Made by a program: the position numbers and the translations under genes
Part shown: piece after piece, positions 40,485 through 49,476 of the stretch
Position numbering within the stretch: the first letter of the stretch is position 1
How the letters are laid out: the number at the start of each line of letters is the position of its first letter
Notes under the pieces: model-generated
Told to the model about the DNA's origin: nothing
The model's database searches: none
The model's input: the letters and a program-made list of their open reading frames with translations, nothing else
Source: an uncultured Gemmataceae bacterium
GTDB lineage: Bacteria > Planctomycetota > Planctomycetia > Gemmatales > Gemmataceae
Reading direction: 5' to 3'
Assembly: GCA_963750165.1 (NCBI GenBank)
Contig: CAVVPN010000003.1
Span: 2,368,001-2,432,000, forward strand
Length of the DNA: 64,000 nucleotides

Positions 40485-41732
40485 ATGGACGCGCTGCTCC
40501 CTGTCGTGCTGACCATTTGCTGCGGCATTGATGTCCACAAGAAGACCCTGACCGCCTGCCTCTTGAAGTCGGGTGCCTCGGGCGATGCGCTCGTCGAGCG
40601 CCGGGTCTTTCGGACCATGACCAGCGCCTTGCAGGAGTTGGCGCAGTGGTTGGTGCAGGCGGACTGTCGGCACGTGGCCATCGAGAGCACCGGCGTGTAT
40701 TGGAAGCCGGTGTTCAACATCCTGGAGCAGGCCGGCATTGAGGTCGTCCTGGTCAACGCCCAGCACGTCAAGAACGTGCCCGGACGCAAGACCGATGTCA
40801 AGGATGCCGAGTGGCTCGCCACCCTGTTGCGTGTGGGCCTGTTGCGCAGTAGTTTCGTGCCCCCCAAGGAAATCCGGGAACTGCGGGACTTGACGCGCTA
40901 CCGCACGCAAGTGATCCGCCAGCGCGCCGACGAGAGCAACCGTATCCAGAAGTTGCTGGAGAACTGCAACATCAAGTTGGCCGGCGTGGCCAGCGACGTA
41001 CTGGGAGCCAGTGGCCGAGACATGTTACGCAGCCTGGCCGAGGGCGTGGACAGCCCCGCCGTACTGGCCAACCTGGCGCGGGGCCAGCTGCGTGCGAAGA
41101 TCCCGGAATTGGAGGAAGCGCTGCGCGGGGTGATGAGCGCGACGCAGCGCTGGTTGCTGCGGGAGCAATTACAGAAGGTGAGCGACCTGGACGACGCCAT
41201 CGTCCGCTTGGATGCGAAGATCGCCGAGGTGTGCCTCCCGTTCGCGCAGGCGCTCGCGCTGTTGGACCAGATTCCCGGGGTGAACCAGCGGACGGCGCAG
41301 GTGATCGTGGCGGAGGTCGGCCTGGACATGAGCCGCTTTCAATCGGAGGGGCAGTTGGCGTCGTGGGCGGGGATGTGTCCAGGCAACCACGAGAGCGCTG
41401 GCAAGCAGAAGAGCGGCAAGACGCGCAAGGGCAACCGCTGGCTGCGGCAGGCGCTGGTGGAGGCGGCGCGGGGAGCGGCGAACACCAAGGAGAGCAGTCT
41501 GCGGGCGACGTACCATCGGATCAAGGCACGCCGCGGGGACAAGCGGGCCTGCCTGGCGGTGGGGCACCGGATCTTGCGGATGGCCTACACACTACTGAGC
41601 AAGCGCCGGCCGTACCAGGAAGAGGGGCCGGACTATTACCGGACGGCAGACAAGGACCGGCTGAAGGAGAGGCTGGTGCGGCGGCTGCAGAGAATGGGCT
41701 ATGAGGTGACCGTGGCGGAACCGGCGGCCTGA
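40485..41732 (+). CDS. IS110 DEDD recombinase
   Basis: GIDVHKK, IESTGVYW, KTDVKDA, IPGVN, SWAGMCPGNHESAGK, GNRWLR. Confidence 0.95.
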   Translation: MDALLPVVLTICCGIDVHKKTLTACLLKSGASGDALVERRVFRTMTSALQELAQWLVQADCRHVAIESTGVYWKPVFNILEQAGIEVVLVNAQHVKNVPGRKTDVKDAEWLATLLRVGLLRSSFVPPKEIRELRDLTRYRTQVIRQRADESNRIQKLLENCNIKLAGVASDVLGASGRDMLRSLAEGVDSPAVLANLARGQLRAKIPELEEALRGVMSATQRWLLREQLQKVSDLDDAIVRLDAKIAEVCLPFAQALALLDQIPGVNQRTAQVIVAEVGLDMSRFQSEGQLASWAGMCPGNHESAGKQKSGKTRKGNRWLRQALVEAARGAANTKESSLRATYHRIKARRGDKRACLAVGHRILRMAYTLLSKRRPYQEEGPDYYRTADKDRLKERLVRRLQRMGYEVTVAEPAA

Positions 41733-41857
41733 GCAGGACCACCCACGACGGTCCCCTCGGTGGACACAGTCCCAGAAATACATTTTCGTGGGAGCTATGT
41801 CGTTCGGCGGCGGAGAGGCGGCTGTAGATTTACTATCTTGCAGACAGAGAGGATCTC

Positions 41858-42418
41858 ATGAAAGCGACAAGTGCAACCGCTACGGCATCCCTACTGCTAA
41901 TCGCCGCGCTACTGGCCGCGCGGTCTGGGGCGGCCCAGCCGCCAAAGGCGGACCAGCCCCCGGCCGGCGCGAAGACCCTTTCGGCGGACGACGACAAGGC
42001 CATCCGGCAGGTGATTCGCGGGATCGAGCAGGCGTGGAACGCCCACGACATGGACGCCTACGCCCGGCTGCTCCGGCCAGACGTCGAGTGGGTCAACGTC
42101 GTGGGCATGCACTGGCGCGGCCGGGACGACGTGATGCTCGCCCACAGAGCATTCCACAAAACGACCTTCAAGAACCACCACATCAAGACCGACGACATCC
42201 ACCTCCGCCCGCTCTGTCCCGGCTACGCGATCGCCGTGGTGACGACCACGAACGACGCGTTCACCGCGCCGGACGGTCGCGTCATCGACAAGAGGCAAGA
42301 TCGGCAGACCTACGTGTTGAGCAAAGAGGCCGACGGGTGGAAGATCGCCCACTGTGAGAACGTGTGGGTAGACGCCGAGGCGGCGAAGCACGACCCGGTG
42401 AAAAGCAAGAAGAAGTAG
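41858..42418 (+). CDS. Cassette 3: secreted NTF2/SnoaL-like (SgcJ/DUF4440) protein
   Basis: AWNAHDMDAYA, WVNVVG..WRGR, WKIAH. Confidence 0.85.
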   Translation: MKATSATATASLLLIAALLAARSGAAQPPKADQPPAGAKTLSADDDKAIRQVIRGIEQAWNAHDMDAYARLLRPDVEWVNVVGMHWRGRDDVMLAHRAFHKTTFKNHHIKTDDIHLRPLCPGYAIAVVTTTNDAFTAPDGRVIDKRQDRQTYVLSKEADGWKIAHCENVWVDAEAAKHDPVKSKKK

Positions 42419-42589
42419 CGGCGTGCGGTCGCTCCGCCGAACCAGGCGCTGCACCTGACTTGCCTTCAGATTACAGGCATTTTACGCAGTCGCCGGGACA
42501 AAGTGAAGGACAAAGGCCGTGAATTGTCCCGCCAAGATTGTCCCGAAGGCCACGGCAGGCGGGGTGGCGGTCGAGCCTGGGTATCAGAA

Positions 42590-42904
42590 ATGGAACCACA
42601 CTTTTTCAGGGATGCCAGTGACCGCCTCACGCATGACAGAGCGGATATTGACTCCTCTTCGTATCCCGAAGTTTGCAGAACGGTCGCCGACCACTTCAAC
42701 CTGAAGCCGTTGTCAGAATTGGTCATCGGGCTTGACCAGATGTTTTGGGATTTTACGAATGGCACATTGGCCGTAGAGCTTGCGTGGGACAACTGGCTTT
42801 GTTTCACAATCACAGCAAAGGAGCCAGATGCAGAAGCACTTGTATGCCAAATGGCAGCTTTCCTATCGGAGACTCGACCGCCAAAGTTGGATTCATCACC
42901 CTGA
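42590..42904 (+). CDS. Hypothetical protein
   Basis: 104-aa ORF convergent with the Rep-like gene. Confidence 0.6.
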   Translation: MEPHFFRDASDRLTHDRADIDSSSYPEVCRTVADHFNLKPLSELVIGLDQMFWDFTNGTLAVELAWDNWLCFTITAKEPDAEALVCQMAAFLSETRPPKLDSSP

Positions 42905-43702
42905 AACGGCTGTTACCACATCGTCCATGCTGGAAATCCACCCAGCAGGAACACCAAAATAGCCCACCGAGCGACGAACCCGCTTCAACGAGAAGTAGCC
43001 CTGAATGAGTTCATGGAGTTCAAGGGCATATTCCTCCGCACCGGGTTGTTGAAGCCCCTCACTGATCTTCCGCTCCTGTTCCTTGATCTCTTTCCAGATG
43101 TCCTCCTTGTTCATGCCGGTCGGCCAAAATAGGCCGATGGTTCCGTACTTCCGCATCTTAAGTTCTTGCCGAAGCAGGACACGCTTCCTGTTCCATCGGT
43201 CATGGCTGACGATCTCACCGTTCTTATACTTCGCCGTCCTCGCCTTCGTCATGTAGCGGACGGTGAACCGGCCTTCGGCGGGGTCGTACTTCTCCACCTT
43301 GATGTTGGTCTTCACGTCGTCCACCGCAAACTTCACCAACTCCGACAGGTTCGGCGTCTGGCTCCGTAGTAGCATGTGGTAGTTGAAGCGGTTGCTACGG
43401 CGGCTGACTTCGCAGATGTAGAGGGCGACGACGTTCTTGCCCTTCAAGTAGCGGCACACCTTCGACCACAACACCTTCATCTCGGCGGCGGTCAAGTCCT
43501 GCATGATGTTGATGGAGGCGAAGAACGTGAACTCGTCCTTGAAGTAACGGTGTCTGGCCCACGCCACACAGCGGGAGAGCTTGTCGGCCTCGTAGATGTA
43601 CCCGTCCAGCGTGTACCAGCCGTCCTCTTGGAAGCCCAACGGACGGACACGCTTCTTGGGGCGGCATTGATACAATCTCTCTGGTGAGGTACTATCTACC
43701 AT
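42896..43702 (-). CDS. Rolling-circle Rep-like HUH endonuclease
   Basis: FASINI (motif 1-like), E..RFNYHMLL (motif 2 variant), RYMTK (YxxK motif 3). Confidence 0.6.
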   Translation of the reverse strand: MVDSTSPERLYQCRPKKRVRPLGFQEDGWYTLDGYIYEADKLSRCVAWARHRYFKDEFTFFASINIMQDLTAAEMKVLWSKVCRYLKGKNVVALYICEVSRRSNRFNYHMLLRSQTPNLSELVKFAVDDVKTNIKVEKYDPAEGRFTVRYMTKARTAKYKNGEIVSHDRWNRKRVLLRQELKMRKYGTIGLFWPTGMNKEDIWKEIKEQERKISEGLQQPGAEEYALELHELIQGYFSLKRVRRSVGYFGVPAGWISSMDDVVTAVSG

Positions 43703-43777
43703 AGCTTTCGGAACCCGCCGTGCTTGGGTTGCAGTTCGGTACGGCGGGTTTCTTCGTGTTGCGATTTCACGATGCTG

Positions 43778-44053
43778 TCAGTCAGGCGATCTCCACTGCC
43801 GACCGAACTTGACGGTTTCCCAGCCGAATGGAGCGGCGGCAAAACCTTCCCTTTCATCGCCGTCGCCCATGATGATTACATCCCCCAGCTTACTCTCGTA
43901 CTGGTCAAACACCTTGGCAATGCTCTCGGCATCCAGTACCAGATGTTCGTGGTACTCGTCGGGGAACCTTGCCCCACGCATATCGGTGAGAGAGCGAGGA
44001 CGCCAACTGCCATGTCCTTCGGTGTTATCGAGGCGGTAGACGACAGCTTTCAT
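43778..44053 (-). CDS. Hypothetical protein
   Basis: 91-aa ORF co-oriented with the element's operon. Confidence 0.55.
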   Translation of the reverse strand: MKAVVYRLDNTEGHGSWRPRSLTDMRGARFPDEYHEHLVLDAESIAKVFDQYESKLGDVIIMGDGDEREGFAAAPFGWETVKFGRQWRSPD

Positions 44054-44070
44054 TGTGTATGTCCAGAAGG

Positions 44071-44478
44071 TCAGGAGTTGTCCGCTGCCGGTCGAGAGGG
44101 CGATGTCGTGAAAGTCGTATTATATCTACCAATCTCGGATGCCCCTCGCAGGTCGCTTTCGACTTGCACGGCCTGACGTGCCGCCTCGTCGTGGAAGTTG
44201 AAGAAGTTGGCGTACTCCGGGTAGTCAATAACCATCTGCCGGGCCATCATCGGGAGGAAGTCGTTCGACACCTTGTAGCCGACGTACTCTCCCACCGACA
44301 TCTCCCACCGTATGCGATTACCGATCAGGTTCGCTCCGCAGCGGTCGTGACCGGCTTTGCGGTACATCTCGGAGAACTGTCGGAACAAGGCGTACACGGT
44401 CTGGCCGTGCTTGGTGTTGATCCACTTCTGGAAACGGTCGTACTTCTCGTTGGTGTACCGGGAGAAGATACCGGGCAT
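44071..44478 (-). CDS. Phage-type hypothetical protein
   Basis: VY..F....NRIRWE...YKVSND..PMMAR...P..ANFF pattern resembling uncharacterised phage proteins (from memory, not searched). Confidence 0.6.
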   Translation of the reverse strand: MPGIFSRYTNEKYDRFQKWINTKHGQTVYALFRQFSEMYRKAGHDRCGANLIGNRIRWEMSVGEYVGYKVSNDFLPMMARQMVIDYPEYANFFNFHDEAARQAVQVESDLRGASEIGRYNTTFTTSPSRPAADNS

Positions 44479-44585
44479 GGATGTAATGTTCACGCCGGTA
44501 TCTATGCACCGGCGTTTCATTTTACCCGAATTTTTCCCGACTCGGTGTACTTCATGCCCAACAGGACGGCTGACACCTGAACTGG

Positions 44586-44867
44586 TCAATCATGAGGCTG
44601 CGGCTGAAAGAGAAGGAAAGTTTCTTCCGGGGTTGCCATGAAACGGTTGATCCGCTCGGCTTCGTCTGGCCCTGCATCGGCGGGGTACTCGTCGTGCAAG
44701 AATTGGAGGACATCAGCTAAGGGCCACGGCCCCAGCGAAGTCATATAGTCGTCGAACTCGTCCTGTATCTCTCGCCACGTTGAATATGGCTTCTTCGTTA
44801 GCAGCACTGGCCCGCTCCGCAGATACACGATATGTAGCAACACGTCGATGATGGGTGTAGTGTTCAT
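44586..44867 (-). CDS. Hypothetical protein
   Basis: 93-aa ORF in the operon. Confidence 0.55.
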   Translation of the reverse strand: MNTTPIIDVLLHIVYLRSGPVLLTKKPYSTWREIQDEFDDYMTSLGPWPLADVLQFLHDEYPADAGPDEAERINRFMATPEETFLLFQPQPHD

Positions 44868-44881
44868 GTTGTCGAAGTCAC

Positions 44882-45295
44882 TCAGTTGAAGTTGCCGACA
44901 TCGAAAAACGTCCCTTCTTCTGGAACGAACATCACGGCTCCCGGTAGCTTCTCCTCCAAGTCTTGCAGCAAGAAGACGAAGTGGTTGAAATGCTTCATGT
45001 CGTAGTCCTTGTCCGCACCGATGCTGACCCACTTGTCACACGCAGTCAACTGCTCCTTGTCAGTCCGCTCGGAGCCGTACCCGGCCACAATCTCTTCCGA
45101 CTCCTTGCGGACGCTCTCTCCTGCTTCGTAATAGACTCTCAGCGACCAGTCGCCCCACCGTACTTCCACACGACTTCCTTCAACATGTATCTGTGCCGCT
45201 CGATCTCGCCCGTATGTGTCGGTGACCAAGGCTGCGAGCTTTGTCGCAGACATGTCAGTCGTCGGTGGCAAGAAAATGATCCTGTCGTATGGCAT
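44882..45295 (-). CDS. Hypothetical protein
   Basis: 137-aa acidic globular ORF. Confidence 0.65.
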   Translation of the reverse strand: MPYDRIIFLPPTTDMSATKLAALVTDTYGRDRAAQIHVEGSRVEVRWGDWSLRVYYEAGESVRKESEEIVAGYGSERTDKEQLTACDKWVSIGADKDYDMKHFNHFVFLLQDLEEKLPGAVMFVPEEGTFFDVGNFN

Positions 45296-46422
45296 AGTTC
45301 GTCGTCCTGTTGCTGCCGTTCAGAAACAAGAAAGCACACATGGTCATGGTGGAGCAGACCGGGGTTGATGGAACCAGTTTCCAACTTTTTACATTCGTAT
45401 TTCCGTGTTCTTAACTCTTCAACAAGGGCTGAGGGCGAACTGGAGGCTGTAAAGAACACGGACTTGGCCCACCCCCTTGAACGGCTCCCACACCACTACC
45501 ACAACACCGAGCAGGAGGCCAACAAGGACACGCAACCCCCGCAAAAAGCAGAGGTTGCGGTGTGTACTACTTCGGAACTCTGAACCGACGTATTAACCAG
45601 TCGGCGGGCTGTCCGCTGCCCGGCACAGGGTGGTTAATACTGCTGTTATTACTCCTTTTCCTCGTCGCCGCCGAACACCTTCGCCCGCACCATGTCCAGT
45701 GCCTTGTCGAGCTTGGCGACCTGGGCGTCCGTGAGGTTGCAGACGTAGCTGCTGTAGTGCGTGCCGTACCCTTCGGCCCGGTACAGGATGCGGCTCTCCT
45801 CCTCCCCGGTGAGTTCCTGTATCCACTGAGCCACCGTCTTCCGCAAGGCCATGTGTTCGGGCAGGCCGTACTTGTCCCGAAGCTGCTGGTACGCCCGTTC
45901 AAGCTGCCCCCGGTACAGCTTGTACTCCTTCCGCTCCTTCTGCGGGTCGTGGCCGTACTGGAGAACGGCCAGCGTTTCCGGCCACAACTTCCACTTCGAC
46001 ATGAAGCCCTTCTGTACCCCGTCCCGCTTGTTCTTCGCCCTCGCCTTCGTGACGTGGCTCTCGTCGCAGTGCTTGGCCTGTAGCTCGGCGATGTCCGACC
46101 AGTAGAACCCGCAGTTCAACCCCAGCAGCAGACCGACACGCTGAAGCCCGGTGGCGTGCTGGAGGGCGAGTTTGACCTGAGCCAACTCGTACTTCGTCTG
46201 GTCGGGCGGCGGCGTGTGGATGCGGTACTTCTTGTTGCGGACGAACGGGAACCGCAGGTCGTCCCGGTCGGCCTCCAGATGCTTCAGGAACGTGTGGATG
46301 ATCCGCTGGCGGTTCTGCTTGGTCCGCTGCGTCCAGCCTTCGGCCTGCTGTGGTGTGCTCCCCAAAAAGTGGTCCAGGTGGTATGAGAGTCTCTGAGGCC
46401 CTGCGGGGCCAGGAGACGAACC

Positions 46423-46695
46423 ATGAAGCGACACACGGCTGAAGAGGTCATCACCAAGCTGCGGCAGGCCGAGGCCGACCTGGCCCAGGGGCTTGGCGTC
46501 GCCCAGGTCTGCCAGAAACTCGGCGTCAGCGAGCAGACCCTGCACCGCTGGCGGAACCAGTACGGCGGCCTCAAGCAGGACGAGGCCAAGCGGCTCAAGG
46601 AACTGGAGACCGAGAACGTTCGCCTCAAGCGCCTCGTCGCCGAGCTGGCCCTGGACAAGCAGCTGCTCCAGGAGGCCGTCCAAAAAAAGTGGTGA
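46423..46695 (+). CDS. IS3 OrfA
   Basis: KRHTAEEVITKLRQAE HTH, leucine zipper; A7G slippery site at 46682-89. Confidence 0.93.
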   Translation: MKRHTAEEVITKLRQAEADLAQGLGVAQVCQKLGVSEQTLHRWRNQYGGLKQDEAKRLKELETENVRLKRLVAELALDKQLLQEAVQKKW

Positions 46696-47600
46696 CCGCC
46701 GCCCAGCGCCGCCAGCTGGCGCGGCACCTGCAGGAGGCGTTCGGCGTGTCCGAGCGCCGCGCCTGCCGCGTGCTGGGGCAACCGCGCTCCACCCAGCGGC
46801 AGGTCCCCCTTCCCCAGGAGGAGGAAGGCCGGCTGGTCCGGCGCATCCTGGAGCTGGTGCGCCAGCACCCGCGCTACGGCTACCGGCGCATCTGGGCGCT
46901 GCTGCGCCGGGAAGGGTGGCGGGTCAACCGCAAGCGCGTCTGGCGGCTGTGGCGGCAGCAGGGGCTGAAAGTGCCCAGGAAGCAGCGGAAAAAACGGCGG
47001 CTGGGCTCCAGTGCCAACAGCTGCGTGCGGCGGCCGGCGGAGCACAAGGGCCACGTCTGGGCGTGGGACTTCCTGCACGACCGGACGGCGGACGGCGGGG
47101 CGCTGAAGTGGTTCACGCTGGTGGACGAGTATACGCGCGAGTGCCTGGCCCTGGAGGTGCGGCGCGGCATGACGGCCCGGGCGGTGAACGCGGTGCTGGC
47201 CGGGGTGGTGCGGGAGCGTGGCGCACCGAGGCACATTCGCAGCGACAACGGGCCGGAGTTCATCGCCAAGGCGATCCGGGCCTGGATGACGGGGGCGGGC
47301 CTGGAGACGCTGTACATCGCGCCGGGGGCGCCGTGGGAGAACGGGTACGCGGAGTCGTTCAACAGCAAGGTGCGCGACGAACTGCTGAACGCGGAGGTGT
47401 TCGGCAGCCTGCGGGAGGCGCAGGTGCTGGGCAAGGCATGGAAGCACGAGTACAACCACGTCCGGCCTCACAGCTCGTTGGGGTATCGGACGCCAGCGGA
47501 GTACGGGGAGATGTGTCCTCGGGCCGACTCCGCTGCGCTACGCCAGCCCGAGGACACATCTGTGACGGTTGATCCGACTCTCACAGCGCCTGGTACATAA
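46689..47600 (+). CDS. IS3 OrfB (rve integrase), expressed via -1 frameshift
   Basis: YGYRRI, WAWDF, DEYTRE, RSDNGPEF, PWENGYAESFN, RPHSSLGY. Confidence 0.95.
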   Translation: MVTAAQRRQLARHLQEAFGVSERRACRVLGQPRSTQRQVPLPQEEEGRLVRRILELVRQHPRYGYRRIWALLRREGWRVNRKRVWRLWRQQGLKVPRKQRKKRRLGSSANSCVRRPAEHKGHVWAWDFLHDRTADGGALKWFTLVDEYTRECLALEVRRGMTARAVNAVLAGVVRERGAPRHIRSDNGPEFIAKAIRAWMTGAGLETLYIAPGAPWENGYAESFNSKVRDELLNAEVFGSLREAQVLGKAWKHEYNHVRPHSSLGYRTPAEYGEMCPRADSAALRQPEDTSVTVDPTLTAPGT

Positions 47601-48793
47601 AATGGGGGCAAGCCAGCTGCTCTCGGTCGAGGATTTCAAGGAAGCGGCGGTAGTGCTGGACCGTGATCTCGGTCAGCCGGATGTGGCCGGTCGCCTCAAG
47701 GAACAAGTCCATCGCCCGCTTGATGTCGTACCACTGTTTGTTGTCCTTCTTCTTGTAGCTGTCGATGTACGCCTTCGCCTCCACCGTGAGGCTCACGTCC
47801 TTCGGGATGGCCCTGCTCTCAGCAAGGTCGTTCAGCACGCTCGCCGTGATGATGCCCTCGCCCCCGTCGAGGGCCACCAGAGCCGCCGCCTGTCGCATAT
47901 CGGGGTGGACGGCAGGACCGTCCACATGGTCGATGTCCCAATCTGGCACGGTTCGGGCATCGGCGAGTTCTTCTTCAAGCTGGGCCGTGTCCCGGCCCTG
48001 CTCCTTGAACTCCGTGATGAACCCCTCAAGGCTGGCGATGCGGGTCGGGATCGGGGTCGGGCCGAGTAATTCGGCGGCTTTCTCGGCCCGCTTGAGCTTC
48101 AGGTACTTGAGCCAGTACGGGCGGCTCCCCTTCTCGCTGTTGGGGACCGCTTCCTTGAACGACTCCTGAAGTTGCTGGGTGGTGGCCGACACCTTGAGTT
48201 CCTTCGTTCGGAGCTTCCACTGCTTCTTGTCGTGGTCGAATGTTCCGTTGCCGTGAACCGCCATCTCGTCCATTGCCTTACCCCCTGCAACCCGCTATTC
48301 CTTGTATTGTCCCGAACTTTGCCCCTCCGGTCAATCGTCCCGAAGAGGTTTAGGACGTTACTTCTGATCTGGCAATCGGTTGCACTGCGTCAGGCGGGTG
48401 CGTTGGGGGCAAAACGGTCTGTCGCTGCACCTGACCGGGGCCGCCATACTGGTTCTCCGAGGCGCCAAGGTTTTGCAGGCGGCCCCGGCAGGTGAGGTTG
48501 GTTGTTCGGCTTGGCTGGCGTCATAAATGGTGTAGCACCATAGGTTTAAGCGATTCGGAGCCGCGTGGCTTAAGACGCGCGTCTCGTCGGAACCGCGAAC
48601 CGCCTTGGCCCACCAGGCGTGGCGTGCAGTCCAGGAGCGGCGGGAAGCCTCCGATCCGTTGCTACGGCGAGGCCATGCGTTCCCGCTCGCTGCGGTGGGG
48701 TCTGGTTCCCTGGTTGCCACCAGCCCACGCGATCTATCCCGAGGCAACCGGCCGGCACTTGGAACGCAGAGTTCAGCGCAACTGGTCCGCCCA

Positions 48794-48888
48794 GCCGAAC
48801 CCGCCGTTGCACGAAACCGGGCGCGCCTCCCGGTCCCTCTGACGGTGAGTCGGCCCAGCGCGCCCGGTTCGTGAACTCTGCGTTCGGC
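48794..48888 (+). other. attC site
   Basis: GCCGAAC..TGCACGAAACCGGGCGCGC / GCGCGCCCGGTTCGTGAAC..GTTCGGC. Confidence 0.88.
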
Positions 48889-48910
48889 AGCACACGAAAG
48901 GGGGGTGCGA

Positions 48911-49243
48911 ATGGCGAAGGAGCACCTGACATCGCTGCAGCTTGGTTTCAGTTTTCTGGGACTGCTGGCCTGGGGTCTCGCCACCTTCTTCGGCCTACGC
49001 GCGACCGTGGTGACGAAAACTTCTCCTGCTGCGGGGCATCCGGTGTTCATCGAGCAGCCCAACGTCGCAGCCGCAGGCGCGGCGGGCGGATTCGCCATCG
49101 CCGGCGGGCTCTGCTTCCTCGGCATCCCTCTGGCAAGACTGATGATCGGGAGTGGAGCATCGCCGAGTCAGCCTTTAGAGTTGACCGGGGCCGTCAGTCG
49201 CGGTTCCGAACAGTTCACGGCTACGAAGGGAAGCCCCGGATAA
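48911..49243 (+). CDS. Cassette: small membrane protein reading into a degenerate attC
   Basis: Two hydrophobic segments; tail overlaps GCCGAGT..GACCGGGGCC (49162-49240). Confidence 0.55.
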   Translation: MAKEHLTSLQLGFSFLGLLAWGLATFFGLRATVVTKTSPAAGHPVFIEQPNVAAAGAAGGFAIAGGLCFLGIPLARLMIGSGASPSQPLELTGAVSRGSEQFTATKGSPG

Positions 49244-49319
49244 AAGGCAATCAAAGGGACAGCAAAATCTCTTGACGATAACCAAAGGGGTCGGGAGTCG
49301 ACTGCAGATAAGAATCATC

Positions 49320-49418
49320 GCCGAACCAACGGATGAAGCTGACCGGGGCCGCCATCCTGGTTTCGCGCGGCATGAAGGTCTTGCAGGCGGCCCCGGCAGC
49401 TTATCCTTATCGTTCGGC
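49320..49418 (+). other. attC site
   Basis: GCCGAAC..AAGCTGACCGGGGCCGCC / GGCGGCCCCGGCAGCTTAT..GTTCGGC. Confidence 0.9.
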
Positions 49419-49476
49419 GGATCGACAAAAGGTCAGCGAAATCGTTTGGAACGGCTGCTGTTGAAGGAGGTGTTCG

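Larger units (their letters stand above)
40257..41794 (+). mobile_element. IS110-family element inserted in attC
   Basis: AG core on both junctions; short subterminal IR CCATGAAA / TTTCGTGG; ~230-bp 5' non-coding leader. Confidence 0.88.
40181..41808 (+). other. attC site split by IS110
   Basis: Left part GCCGAAC...GGCCCGCCGCAGAG (40181-256), right part CTATGTCGTTCGGC (41795-808). Confidence 0.85.
46351..47615 (+). mobile_element. IS3-family insertion sequence (IS407-like)
   Basis: TG...CA ends with imperfect IRs; 4-bp TSD GCTG (46347-50, 47616-19). Confidence 0.93.
45649..48273 (-). pseudogene. Tyrosine recombinase (~451 aa when restored) interrupted by IS3
   Basis: Removing IS3 and one GCTG restores the frame LDREQQAEG; LTEITVQHY, LLLGLNCGFYWSDIAEL, HMALRKT, HYSSY. 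Confidence 0.85.
42460..48435. mobile_element. attC-integrated element with tyrosine recombinase and Rep-like gene
   Basis: 13-bp direct repeat CGCTGCACCTGAC at 42447-59 and 48423-35; TTGTCCCG arm-like repeats at both ends; lower GC. Confidence 0.85.
42436..48510 (+). other. attC site split by an integrative element
   Basis: GCCGAACCAGG-CGCTGCACCTGAC (42436-59) plus CGGGGCCGCC...GGCGGCCCCGGCAGGTGAG...GTTCGGC (48436-510) rebuilds a complete attC. Confidence 0.88.

Noticed and set aside
41761..41794. IS110 junction promoter using TGGACA as the -35
   Set aside because: No -10 hexamer at an acceptable spacing could be identified.
45649..48273. Tyrosine recombinase as the array's IntI
   Set aside because: It lacks recognisable IntI motifs, lies inside a duplicated attC core rather than next to attI, and has its own arm-like repeats.
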